A DNA stretch of 64,000 nt from Geosiphon pyriformis uo1 (taxonomy: Eukaryota; Fungi; Glomeromycota): the NCBI GenBank assembly GCA_016748015.1, contig JAAOMT010000706.1, positions 689,667 through 753,666 of the forward strand, given 5' to 3'. Positions within the stretch are counted from its first letter, which is position 1. The number at the start of each line of letters is the position of its first letter. Both the position numbers and the translations under genes were made by a program. Under the pieces are notes generated by a model. It was given only the letters and a program-made list of their open reading frames with translations, had not been told where the DNA came from and did no database searches. Of this stretch, positions 50,361-63,541 are shown one piece after another.

Positions 50361-52786
50361 GCTGCGCACGGACCAACTTTGTCCCTCATTTTATAATTTT
50401 TTTGAATGTAAAAAATTTTTCGGGAAAATCAAAACTTGATTTCTGCTATTAATCTATATGAAACTGATTTTACTGGGTAATCCGCTCGAGCCTTCAAGTT
50501 TTGTCAAATTTGCTCCTGTTTTCATGCAGGTCTTTGTGTAAGCTATCGACAGCTTCAAAGACTCGATATATTTCAGATGCTAAATCGTGAGTGTCTACAT
50601 CATATTTGCCACCAAAAAAATACACGCGAGCATAATCGAAATCCCTATGAATTTCTGCCACGAGACCTCGAATGATCTTTCCAATTTTGTCTAAATTAGT
50701 TATAGATCGCTGAAAATTTTCTAGTTCTTTAGAGATGTGTGTGTTTAGGAAAATTTCGTATTCAGCCCGCAGTCACATGTGAGCTACATACAGATGAAAA
50801 GTTTTTGTTTTGCATGCACTCTTAACATTAAAGTTTCTAGTATTTCTTTAAAAGGTTAAATATAACAGAAGTAACAAGAAATAATCTTCAAGGTTTACAA
50901 GAATCCATCGATATCTCGTGCCTCAGAACATAATTTTTAATTTCTGCGTTGTTCAAACATTAATAAAATTGAGTGAAACAAAGAATGTAAAATTTTTTTC
51001 ATCTTTTACTCATCACACATTGTATAACGATCTGGGATCTGGGATCTGGCACAAGCCAATTACCAAAAATGAGAATGATTCAATTATAAATAAGGAAAGC
51101 CTTGGAATTCCTGATACCCATCATCTTGAATATTTTAGCGATGATAAATATTAATAGTTTAGCTAAAAAAAATACGGCTAAAACCCGGTTTAGCACTATA
51201 AATTTACGGGTGCACGGACCATTCGACAAAGTTGGTTCATTATCGAGTATACAGATTAACAACAAATTTTTCCGTCACACAAACATACACACACACTGTT
51301 TAATAGAATTTACAAGATTATATTTTGATATATATATGTATATATATATATCAAAATTTCATTAATACTACAAACGACTCATGATACATTAGAAAAAAGG
51401 AAAATTATTAAAACGTCAGAGAATTTTATACAGATTTAAGAGCACCTTTTGATTTTACTATTTGCTTTCGTGCAATAGCTTGGAATCTAATGATGTCATT
51501 TACTTTTGAATTTGATTACACCAAAAAGGTTTATCATTAAAATGCTACAAGAGTTAGTTAAGAGCTTACCAAGTTATTTTTGTAATTTTTTTATTAAGTT
51601 TTAAAGAGGAAAGCAACAAAAAAAGTTTTACAGGAAAAGTTCTTTTCTCAAACAATGAAGTATTGAATAAAGGAAAATATTTCCTTTTATTGAATAAGAA
51701 AAAAAAAACAAAAATATTTGACTCGAGAGAGTGGGATATACAAAGAATTTTGAAAATAATAAAAAAAGATCTAATTGCGTCTTGTATATTGATATGAGTA
51801 ATTTTTGAAATCGGATCAGGCTTGATTATTTGATCTGATTTTTTTAAGATAATGGGAAAAAAGAATCTCAAACACATATGTTTAATTTATATTATTTTAT
51901 AAATAAAAAATGACATTCTCACTTCAAGAGAATGCAAGACGGAAATTTTTTGCATATTTGTTTTAGTCTGGGTCAGCTATTTTGAATTTTTTCTGTAGCA
52001 CATCAGAGAATTTATTAACCTTATTTTTGCCCACAACTAATATATACAAAAGAAGAAAAAATGCTTGCGTCAATATTTGCGAGTTTTTTTTATGAATGAA
52101 ATGTCGTACGTTTTAGAATGCAGGAAATCTAGACGGATCGCTAAAAAGATCCAAAATTAAAGAACCAATAATGGTTTAAGACTTTTTTTTTCTTTTTTTT
52201 TTTTTTATCTCGAAAAAAGATAGAGTTTGATCTCACGAAAGTAAAAAAAATGTAAATCCTAAACAATTATGGAAAATATTTTGAATAATTAATTTTAAAT
52301 TTGAAAATTTGAAAAAATAAATATTTTTTTTCAAAGTAACCTGGGGAAGAAATGAACTTAATGAAATGAAAATTACCATTAAACATTCTGTATATATTAA
52401 TAAAAAAAACTTGATTTTTATTTAAAAGTTTTTTTCGAAATTCATAAAAGAGGATTTTGAAACAAGTCTTTCCTAAAAAATTTTTAGACGAAATAATTGC
52501 GAACCTCCTCAATGTCCAACGTTTTACTTGAAAATGGGTCGGTTCAATCATATTAAAGGAGGAGGAAGAGGAGGCTATAAATGAGAATAAAAATCACTTT
52601 TAGGATCTGCATTAAATTCGAAAAGAATAACGGATTAAATTATAAATATTTGGTAAAGCTGCTTTATATCAGGTTATCGTTAGATTTTCACACTTTAAAA
52701 AACTTTTTGATTGTTTTATGCGGAAAATATATTTTTTAATATTTGTTGATAAATTGATATCTTTAAATCTGAAGATTCTCTAGTTG

Positions 52787-54166
52787 ATGAAATCCAATAT
52801 TTTTGCTTTAATCTTTTCACTTTTGAAAATGGGCTTTATTTCAGAAAAAAATATTTTCGTTTTTATAGGCATTTTATTTATCAAATATCTTATTTATCTA
52901 GAGAACGATTGGACCTTTCAAAGTGTAGAACCTAAAACAAAATATCTTTTCGAAAATTTAATTTCAGTGAAAAGCAATGAACAATCAGAATCGACCAAGC
53001 AATTAAAAGCCTTCTTCAAAAATTTTACGACCCAATTAAATTTAAACCGAAAAAGAAGCTTAGAAATTAAAGTGGTCTCTCAGACTGATTTTTTAATAGA
53101 TGAAAGTACAAAAAATTTACTTGGTCCAGAAGAACAAAATATTTTGACCAGTTTGGAAACAGCAGCAAAATTTGCTAGTCTAGCATACTGTTTAAGTAAG
53201 GAAAAAGGGAATGAAATGGCTCCTTCAGTTTTCGGTAAGTTAATTTAAAAATCAATTGAATTAATTTTTATTACCGAATTATTAATTAGAAAATTTTTTA
53301 TTATTTTAATGGGTATTCATCATATTCAAAGCAAAAGCAGAAATTAATTATTTCAATAAAATAGAATCAGAAATAATTGTATATTTTGCCGGTATTGAAC
53401 CTACTCATAAGCAATGGCTTGACAAAAATTTCCAACTTAATACAGTGAACAGTGTAGGATTTCTGATGGTTGTTAATGAATTCTTTGGTAACTGGCAAAA
53501 AGCGAAAAAGAACGTTATGGATTTAATTATTCAAAAAATTGACAAAGTCAAAGCGATTGATTCCATCAAATTAATCGGTCACGGAATTGGCGGAGGTAAA
53601 TAGTATGATGGTTTAACCCATTTTATATAAAAAAATTATCAAATTCACACTTTAAATTTTTCTTCTTAGCATATGCATTATTAGCAACACGAGATTTGAA
53701 AAGGTCAATTCCTTTGAAAATTCATATAGAAATAATAACCTTTGGTCAACCACTGGTTGGCAACCGCCATTTTGCAATCTCAATCAATAAAATGATGAAT
53801 GAGGGAGTTTTCGCGTTTCGCGTCACACATTCTGATGATCCTGTTCCGCGATTGCCTTTAAAGAGTCACAAGACTCCCAGTGTTCCATTAGTTCATCATT
53901 CATTTGAATTCTGGATTGATGATGATTGTCAATGTGGAACTGGGTCAGGATCAGTTTATTTTTGCACTGGACCAAAAGAAGGAGATTTTATTGGGGAAAA
54001 TCTAAAGGTTATTTCCAAGATTGAAATTTTTTGTTAAGAAGCTTGGGCCTATGATCTAATTCTAAATTTAATTGGTTAGGAATGCAATCGAGGAGCTCCA
54101 ATGGGAGAATTTTCTCATAATGGACCATATTTTGGGTATAAGATGGGATCTTGTTCCCACGGCTAG
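52787..54166 (+). CDS. Class 3 lipase-fold protein lacking the nucleophile Ser (GHGIGG), 4 exons, N-terminal hydrophobic segment
   Basis: AAKFASLAYC, EIIVYFAG, LIGHGIGGA, ITFGQPLVGN..FA, RVTHSDDPVPRLP, HHSFEFWI, SHNGPYFG; introns about 53235-53331, 53597-53669, 54008-54079. Start may be ATG 52829. Confidence 0.88.
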
Positions 54167-56144
54167 AATACTCAAAAATGCAAAGAATTTTAGTTATAGA
54201 GTATTGACAGAGCCACAGAAAATTCACACGACCTCAATTTGGATCAGAGATGGCATTTTTAATCGTGGGGAAGTTTAAAAATCGAAATATCGCCTGAAAT
54301 AAAATAATTTTTGTTTTAAATACAAACTTAATATTGATATTGCACTAATTACTAATTTTATTTACACATGTTGTAATCTAGTTATAATGTTCAGCGAATA
54401 ATCATTTAATATATATAAATGGTTCAAATAATTTTACCATCTTTAAGTCTAAAAGCCAAACTTTATTCAGGACTTAATAACTTCATTAGAGTTTTGTTAA
54501 AATAGCGAAATAAACTTTGAATTTTCACCATGATGGTAATTCAAAAAAATAATTTTTAATCCTTTTAGGGAATTAAAGATCAGATTACATATTTTTTCAA
54601 AGAGTTAGATTTCTATTGTCTTTTGTATATGTGATGATACGAAATTTTTTGATTGGTACAGTTAAAACAATGGGAGAATATCAACAATATCTTTTTGTAT
54701 GCTTTTTGAATCCATCATGCTAGGGTTGATAATTTTTGAACTATTTGCCGCTGCTAACTCTCTCGGTGATCTTTTTAATTTTGCCCAATTCCCTCAATAG
54801 ATTTTTTCCATAAAGAATGTGATCGCAAAATGAAAAAGAAAACCAGATGATTACGTAAATTTACAATATCTTTCTTTTTGTGCTGATTCCAACCGGTTGA
54901 TGGGCCAAACATACTTAAAAAAGTTTAGATCTTTGTGATAAGTTGGCAGATTGTTAACCTCCATTGTTCGTTGATAACTAATTCTAGCTTTTAGATAGAG
55001 AAATACCGGAGCCCAGACTTGACTAATTTTAGAAAAACTCTGATGATGCCAGATCTAACAATTTTTTAATTAGGTATGTCGTCATAAGAGATAATTAATA
55101 ATTTTCATTTTCTTATTGTTGATTCATCTGCCTCCAAACTTAAATATATTTAGAATGAAAGAAATTTGTGTGGGATTAATCATCTTAGTATTTATCTCAT
55201 TATTTATCTACTTTATTTATCTACTTTATTTATCTACTTTATTTGTGTTTTCTCACGAACTTTTGTTTTGAGTTTACCAAAAAATTTTGAATGATCAAAG
55301 TATTTTATTAGAATCTAATAATTTTAACATTTTTAATAAAAAAATTTAGTTTTATTATTTTGAAAATTATTTAATGCTGATTTCTTTTTTAAAACCTTTA
55401 AAGTGGGCGTTGAAAAAATTTTTCCATGATAAAATTTTCTTCCTTTTTATACATGGTTGAACGCCTGGATAAATTTTTTGCCTAATTTTTAATATTACCT
55501 CTATTAAAGTGTACCAAAAAAAATTACCAAAGCTTTTATAGGATACCTATAAGAAAAAGAGAGAGAGAGAAGAGAAATCTACAATGAAAATTTAGTTTTT
55601 ATCTGTTGATTTAGTAAAAAAACCCTATAATGAAATTTATTTTTTCTCTGTTCAAAAAAATTTTTATCCAATATACGCTTCCTTGCAGCCTAAATGTAAT
55701 TGATTGAAAATATTTTTTTATCTGAAAAAATATATTTTTCCTATTGTTTTGATGTTCAATCATGGGGTTTCGAGACCACAACTATGCTTGACATATATGC
55801 TTTTGTCATTGTAGGTTTACAACATATAATAATATAAGTACTAAAGCCGATTTATTTGCATCTGAAATTTTTAGCCATTATGCAGTTCATAAATAATTAT
55901 ACCGCCTTTTTTTAAGCATTATCTCAAAGATAAATTCTTCAATTTACAAAGTTTGTTTCAAAAATGTTCAAAATGAAAAGATATTTTGTTATACAACATG
56001 TTTTATTCTGACACTAATGTATAAAATTTTTTCAAAGAACAATTGACCTTTTTATTGCTTCCAAGATAACCTGATAATAATATTGATGTCAGGTATAGGT
56101 ATTTTCAAACATATTTTCTAGTATATTAAATTCAAACATCAATA

Positions 56145-56800
56145 CAACGTGCTGCAAAAAGTATCCGATATACCCCTTTATAAGACATCAAGTTTTATGA
56201 TGCAAAAATTTTTCTTTTAATACACAAGGGATGAAAAATCGTTTTTTTAAATAAACACCCCAAAAGGCCACGATACTTGGACTTGTAGCCGCAACAAAGT
56301 ACATCCATTTTAAGAAGTCTACAGCACTTTATTGGATTAAAAGGTAAAGGAAACAAAAGACCTAAGTGATCAACTAAAAGCCAGTCGAAATTGAATCCAT
56401 GGTCCTGAAAAATTGTACAACTTGTAAAAAAAAAATTCATCTAACTGCCACTAATATATAACGGAAAATGAAAAACGAAAGTCTAACATTAGTGTAGACC
56501 CTATTAAACGACGTTTATGTGAAGCTGAATCTAAGCTTTCCAAACAATTACTCATTGACAAACATAAAAAAAATGCTTGCGGTGGGCTAAAAATCATAAA
56601 GATTTTGACTGGAATCAAGTTGTATTTTCAGACAAAAACATATTTTGTTTAAACCACCCAACATCAAAAGTTTGACAGTTTCCTAGACGAAGAAAATTAT
56701 TCCGGCCTATGAAACACCCATTGGGTTTGGTATGCTGGCTACCTTTTAACACAATCTCAATGCTGACTTTATCATTAAAAATATACAAACAACATATATC
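56145..56800 (+). mobile_element. Truncated, decayed Tc1/mariner transposon
   Basis: TA followed by TIR-like caacgtgctgcaaaaagtatccgata; frameshifted peptides IVFLNKHPK, LGLVAATKYIHFKKSTALYWIKR, ETKDLSD, ISVDPIKRRLCEA, CLRWAKNHKDFDWNQVVFSD (HTH plus first Asp region of DDE); no right TIR seen. Confidence 0.8.
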
Positions 56801-56984
56801 TCTTATAAAACGAATTTTAAAATAATTTTATTATTAATAAAATTAAGAATTTATTTAGAGCTTTTTTATTAGTTTTTATTTATTACAAGTTTTATTATAT
56901 GTTTCATTTAATTACTGTACATGAAAAACATTACATAGATAAAGGAATGCTAAAAACTTTTCATATTAATTTTTTCCCTTTCAA

Positions 56985-57505
56985 AGACTTTTGTCATCTA
57001 TAAAAAAAATGTATTTATGAGTATTATCACATAATCAAGTTTGTATTTGCGATTATTTAAGAAAAATGTGCACGTGACAAGTCCAAGATAATTTTAGATC
57101 ACAAAATCCTTCGGAAAAAATCTTTTTTTTTATTTTTTTTTAACGTTTTAACTTTTTAACAAGTACAATAACTAGCGAAACTCACCTTGAAAAAGTTACA
57201 TAGGAATGGAGAGAGAAAGAGAGGAAGGACAGGAAGGAAGGACGAATGACTTTGTTGAAAATAAGTCATCTATTAAAAAAAAAGTACATATGAGTATTTT
57301 CACATGATCAAGTTTGTATTTGTGATTATTTAAGAAGAAAAATGCTGCATGCGACAAGTCCAAGATAATTTTGAAGAATCCCCACAAAATCCTTTGGAAA
57401 AAATCTTTTTTTTTATTTTTAACTTTTTAAAAAGTACAAGACCCAGTGAAAGTCACCTTGAAAAGTTATATAGGAACAAAGAGAGAGAGGAATGACAGGA
57501 AGGGA
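56985..57505. repeat. Diverged tandem duplication, two units of about 260 bp
   Basis: Shared blocks atcaagtttgtatttg.gattatttaagaa, gacaagtccaagataatttt, cacaaaatcctt.ggaaaaaatc and tcaccttgaaaa in both units. Confidence 0.85.
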
Positions 57506-58317
57506 GGTCGAAAAAAAAGAAAGAAGGAGAAAGGAGAAAGTGGGACGAAAAAAGGAAGAAAGGGAAGGAACGAAGAAAGGGAAGCAATAAAACAAGGAAG
57601 GCAAGCAATAAAACAAGGAAGGGAAGCGATAAAAAAAAGGAAGAGAGATTTGAGATGAAAAAAAAAGGATATTTTTATATAAAAAATTATTCAAATTATT
57701 AGGTTATTCATCATAAATATAGCACTTCGAAATGAAGTAATTTTATTATAATGTCGTGTTGTTTTGATTAGGTAAAGTTTTTAAAATATCTATCAAGATC
57801 TGCCTCACACGCTATAAAGTACAAACTCCGAGCCTTTAAAATTTTTCTAGTCTTTTTCATCTCCCTGCTTTATCCCTGCTATCCTTGTTAAATATTTCTT
57901 ATTTTTCTGAATCTTATTATTTGTAAACAATAATCACTATCAACTTTTCATGAATCACGAATCTAAACGGTTTACTATTAATTATGGGGAGTACTCTTAA
58001 TAAATTCTCAAGATTTAGTGTTTTCATAAGAATTCATATAAGCCATAAAGGTAGCTGGCTTGGTGTTACGATTCTTTTTTTTCCTCGAAACGAAATAGAA
58101 ATTGATCAAATCTGAAAATTTAATAATTTGTATTGGACTGAATAAAGGGATTTGAAAATGAATTCTTTAATTTTTCCAAGAGATTTTTCAAATTAATTTC
58201 TTTACTTTGTGTGTTTTTTTATAGCAGTCACTTTAATTTTATAAAAATTGAAATCTTAAAAAAATCTAAAATATTTAAGAATGATCAGTATTGAGAGATC
58301 TATGTGGTTTTTCTATT

Positions 58318-58363
58318 TGAACTGAACTGAACTGAACTGAACTGAACTGAATTGAATTGAACT
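58318..58363. repeat. (TGAAC)n pentanucleotide microsatellite
   Basis: Direct observation. Confidence 0.9.
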
Positions 58364-59157
58364 CGATTGAGTTGTTTTTTACACAAAGAATAACAAGATT
58401 ATGCTTCAATGTCATAACCATTTCTTTCCAAAAGTGCACCATCAAGAATTTGTTCTTGTCCTTCCATGCAATTACAAATTCATAAATTTTTTGTAGTCAA
58501 ACACTTATAAATTATAAAGATTGGTACCGGAAATAAGTATTTCCTAAAGATTTTTAAATGCCGACAATTAAAAAGTCATCAAGGAATAAAATATTGAGTT
58601 TTTAAGAATAATTTTTAATCAACCCTTTTTTTTTTTTTTTTTTTTTTTGAAAAAGAACATATTACATAATTTACTGAAAAAAGGAATCCGAATTTAGTGT
58701 CTTTGTTCAAACAAATGGAAAAATGTTTTGCGACCATTACTTTAAAATCTTTACTAAAATGGAAATTCGATCAATGAGCTGGAAACTTTAAACATGCATG
58801 TGTCAGCTGTCACACTAAAACTTTCCAATTTTAAGCAACGATTATAACCATTTAAACTTTTTTGCGAACATGTACATCATCATTAAGAATGTAAAGTTCA
58901 GTACATCGGAAAAAATTGCATTATTATTTTTATTAGCGCAAAATCAACTATAAGTAGTCAAACAAATCGAGAACATTCAAAACATTGATCGAGTCTTTTT
59001 ATTATTAGTTCCGTTTTTCTACTGGAATTTTTGAAAAAAGCATTTACAACTTATAATGTTTATCTCTATTGTTGAATGACTTCAAAATTTATTATACCCT
59101 CTTTTTCAACCACTCATTCAACTATAATCAATTTAATTTTTCATTCATTTCATTATC

Positions 59158-60009
59158 ATGCAAATTTCAACCATTTCCCGAAACCGAAACACTTCTTTTT
59201 ATAAGAAACAAATTTCACTCACTTCCAATATGGAACTCGAATCGAATCACTTTCAAAATAAATTCAACTTGGATGATCTATTGAGAGTGTTTGTGAAGTT
59301 AAAGAAATGGGGAAGATCAGATTTATATGTAGTCCGAGATCTCAAAGAGTGGATTTTCTCACAAAATCAAACCCTTGAAAGGGTTTTTCAACTTGTTTCC
59401 AAGAAAATTCATCACCCAGAATTCGTTTGTCTGCTTGGGTATCTTTACAACTATGGACTGGGTACAATACGTGATGAAAAGCAAGCCTTTAAATTGTACC
59501 AAAAAAGCGCTGAAGCTGGTTATCCATTAGGTCAAGCTCGATACGGATATTGTTATATTGACTTGATTGGAACCAGTCAAGATAAGCAGCAAGCTTTTGT
59601 CTGGTTTAAAAAAGCAGCTGAGGCTGGTAATATTGTAGCTCAGATTAATCTTGCCAGTTGCTATAAACAGGGACGAGGAACTAATGTAAATAGTCTAAAA
59701 GCATTCTATTGGTATCAGAAGGCAGCCGAGGTTGGGGATCTCGGATCACAGTTTGAACTTTCTGGCTTTTATTCCATTGGATATGGTATAAAAAAAAATT
59801 CTACCATGGCATTTAAATGGTGTCATAAGGCAGCACTAAGTGGATTTCATCCAGCACAATATCGAATTGGTGGATATTGTGAAGATGGAATTGGGGTTTC
59901 GAAAGATATTCATTCAGCTATAAAGTGGTTTCGATTGGCTGATAGATGTGGGTCGGCAAGACAATTATGGGGATATGGATTATTCAGGATTTCGAGTTAT
60001 TATTTTTGA
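59158..60009 (+). CDS. Sel1-like repeat (SLR/HCP-like) protein
   Basis: Five 36-aa repeats LG.LY..G.GT..D...AF.WY.KAAE.G...AQ in an intronless 283-aa ORF. Confidence 0.93.
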   Translation: MQISTISRNRNTSFYKKQISLTSNMELESNHFQNKFNLDDLLRVFVKLKKWGRSDLYVVRDLKEWIFSQNQTLERVFQLVSKKIHHPEFVCLLGYLYNYGLGTIRDEKQAFKLYQKSAEAGYPLGQARYGYCYIDLIGTSQDKQQAFVWFKKAAEAGNIVAQINLASCYKQGRGTNVNSLKAFYWYQKAAEVGDLGSQFELSGFYSIGYGIKKNSTMAFKWCHKAALSGFHPAQYRIGGYCEDGIGVSKDIHSAIKWFRLADRCGSARQLWGYGLFRISSYYF

Positions 60010-61766
60010 GAGTTTTACTAGTTGAACTCCCAATTCATTTTTTTTATAAGAATCTATATTTTTTTATTTCTGACTGAATATTATATATTATGAATAAATA
60101 TGCTTAATATTGACCCTCTTCCATGTTAAAATCATCTACTATTAAAATTCATCTTTTTACCTTTTGAATCGATATTTCTTGACCACAATTATACATAGAA
60201 GTTTCATCATCATAAATTGACACATTAATACATTTCAATTGTAGATAATTCATCTGTTTGACCTACCATGATTGCATAATGTTAATATCATCGCATCATC
60301 CAAGTGCCAAGAGATATATTACCATATTAGTCATCATCATGATATATAATGGTTAGTAGTCTAGTGGTGCATTTGTTTGTGCACAGTTAATATATTAATT
60401 TTTGAAACATGTTTTAAAATTTCCTTGAACTTAAAATTGACCAATCAATAATTCATTCAACTAGATTTATTTTCCTATTAATTCCTAAATTTCCATAAAG
60501 TCTATTCTTTTAGATTAATAGGAGAAGGACTAAATTTGAAGAGATATTTAACTCTTTATTATTAGTATAAAATTTCAAGAAATTTGATTAATTTTTTTCA
60601 AAAAGCTTTTTTCCTATTTTAATATTTTTTTGAAAATTCTCTTTTCACAAATTTTTAGTATATTCACGTTTCCATTTTCTTTTTACTTTGAAATATTTTC
60701 TTATATTTTAAATATATTGTTCAAAAGGAGTATTAACTTTAAACAATCTTGAGAAAACAAAAGTATTAATCGGATGATTCTTGTGAAAAGTTTTTAGCAA
60801 AGTCTAAGTTTTGAGAAATGAATAATTTTCAATATCCTATCACAAGATAAATTCAAAAGTTAAATACTTTTAGTTTTCTGTTCTAGGAAATTTAACTTTA
60901 ACAAAATTTAGATAAATGTTTTTTAATATTGAAAGCCTATTCTAGTTCAATTTACTAATGATAAACAAAAAGAAATTCTCGGGAGAAATAGAACAAGAGT
61001 TGATGATTTAAAACCAAAAATTTAAAATTACAAATGGAGCAAAAAGTCTTGATATTCTTATTTAATATATAAAAACATAATGAAAAGCACTAATAACAAG
61101 TTAAAAGCAAAATATTTTACTTTCCTTCTCGAGATGAAATTTTAAAAAAAAAACAGTCAAAAAATTTATGTTTTTTATTATTTTCTTCTTGATATAGCTC
61201 TCAATCATTTGCTTTTTCATTCAGTTTCAGATATGGTGGAAGTAATAAAATGTTGTTTCTTTTTCTTTCTATACTCTTTTTCAAATTTAGCTGAGCTGAA
61301 AAATTCGCTTAATTAGTGATTATTTATTTCCATTTTTCTTCAATTAGCATTCATAATGAGTTATTTAATTTAATTAAATCCCGATTCTTTTGAATTCTTT
61401 TGTCATGGTTTCCCTATTCGATAACAATTTACTATGGTAAAAATATCGATTTCATAATCATCAAAACACCTAATTAATTTAGAGGCTTTATCACTATAAA
61501 AGTTATAATAATAGCCTCCAAATTAATTCATCGGTTATTATAATTCCTTTAGCTTTTTTTCTTTTCTAATTTGGCTAATAGTTTATTTTGATCCTTAAAT
61601 CGTAATCATAAGGGCGCAAATTAGTAGATTTTCGCGAGATTTAAAGGCAGGTGTAAACTATCAGGAAATTTATCAATGTAACTATATTTCGCCTTTTATA
61701 TCAGTGTAGCATTAGAGTTTAGACTAATATTTATCCTTCCTTAATTGAATTAAAAGAAAACAAATA

Positions 61767-62500
61767 ATGGGAGTAATAACAAGTACAGAAAGAAGCGACA
61801 ATTAAATTACTCCTGATAAAAGAAAAAATTTTTGTTCATCCAAGTATAAAAAGGGTTGATTCTTAGAAGTTTATGAAAGAGAATCGTTAGCAAAATTCCA
61901 ATTGACTTCGAGAAAAAAAGCACAAGATAACTACAAAGATATTTTAGAAAGATTTGACCAATTAAAAGACCTTAAAGAACCAGATATTGAGCAAGATTCT
62001 TTATCATAAGAAAACATCTTTAATTTGGGCCGAAGGCCCTTCGGCAAGTTTTTTTGCCGTTTACATAAAAAGGAGTATATTTTTTGGCACTGGGAACTAC
62101 GCTATTAAGTTTTCTCGAATATTTGAGCTTATAAATTATACAGAAAAGTCTCGGGTAAAAAACCACAAAAGCCTGTAAAACCTCACCATCCTTATGTCTG
62201 AGCTTACTGTACTTGAGGTACATAGGGAAGCGGTATTATTTGAGTATGGATAAAGCAAGTGGAAGACATTTAATAGTAAGTATTTGCAGAAGGACGTTTA
62301 GAGATTGAGATAAGTTTCTTTATTAAATTAATTTAAAACAAAAAAACATTTGTTATCAGCAAAATATTAGTGAAAACTAAACAAACTTGAATAAGCGAGG
62401 CAGGTGGCATAAAGCGTAAATCCAGAGACATACAAAGAGTTAACCACTAAAAAGATAAATTCTCCAAAATATTTGATTATATAGAAAACACGAAAAAATT
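61767..62500 (+). pseudogene. Possible decayed gene of unknown family
   Basis: MGVITSTERSDN*ITPDKRKNF..KG*FLEVYERESLAKFQLTSRKKAQDNYKDILERFDQLKDLKEPDIEQ reads like protein through isolated stops. Confidence 0.3.
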
Positions 62501-63441
62501 AAGATAGGTAATAAAAAACAATTTCTTGCTTTCTATTATATTTTGCCTAATTCTTCACCAACTTATTCGTATATTTGAATTATTTTCTGAGACGTTTTTC
62601 GATCTTAATTTGGCATGTTTGCTTAAAAAAAATGTTAAGCAAAACTTTAGGATAGCGGAATTATTATTCAAACTCACTTTTGATCGATTTGGAACTTAAA
62701 AAATCTTAATAGAGAAAGTAAAAAAACTTGCCAGCCTTGTCATTCGTTCTTATGTAGAGACTTTTCCGAAATTTTTTTCTTTTTGTAATCAATTATTGTA
62801 CTACTTGAAAAATCTTTCACAAGAAACAATAACCTGAAATTGGACAGAAACTCCAAACTAAGAAATACACAAGCATTTAAAGTTTTTTTTGCTATGACCA
62901 TGTAAAAAAAATTTAATGAAATTAATATTGGCTAACTGTCATAAGATATTTTCCTTAACTATTTATTGAGATTAGATTCAAACCTTGGAAAGACTTGTTT
63001 TGAAATTTTATCCAATTCCGTTTGTGCATGAATTCTCTAATTCCTTATTTTTTTTAAAAAAATTATAAATTTCAATTTTATTTATCATGTAATATTTTTT
63101 GTAAAGTAATTTTCTGTTCAGCCATTTTTAATTCACCTAAAACATATATATATATAATTTTATTTAAATTAATATAGAAGCTACTTGTAAATAAAACTTT
63201 TTATCTTTCAGTTGAATATAGGTTAATAAATATTTTGCATGTTTTTCTTAGATAGTTTAAACTTAACGCATTTAATAATAATTCAATTAATTTTTTATGA
63301 TACATTGAAAAGATACTTAGTATAAGAGATAACTGATAATATTTTATCCAAGAAATTTAAGACATTGAAAATATATGTAAAAGATTAATTTNNNNNNNNN
63401 NNNNNNNNNNNNNNNNNNNNNNNNNNNNNNNNNNNNNNNNN

Positions 63442-63541
63442 CTTTGAAATTGATAAATTGCCATCCCTTAGCCGTAAACGCATCAACTATACCGAGATAG
63501 AGAACTATTAATAATGCGAAGAGGATAGCTTTGGGCAACAT
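63442..63541 (-). CDS. Small secreted protein copy 3 (5' part; remainder lies in the assembly gap)
   Basis: MLPKAILFALLIVLYLGIVDAFTAKGWQFINFK, nearly identical to copy 2 but with an intact ATG; flanks homologous to copy 2 on both sides of the gap. Confidence 0.8.

Noticed and set aside
57419-57694. Lys/Arg-rich and Phe/Ser-rich ORFs
   Set aside because: Purine-rich low-complexity tract.
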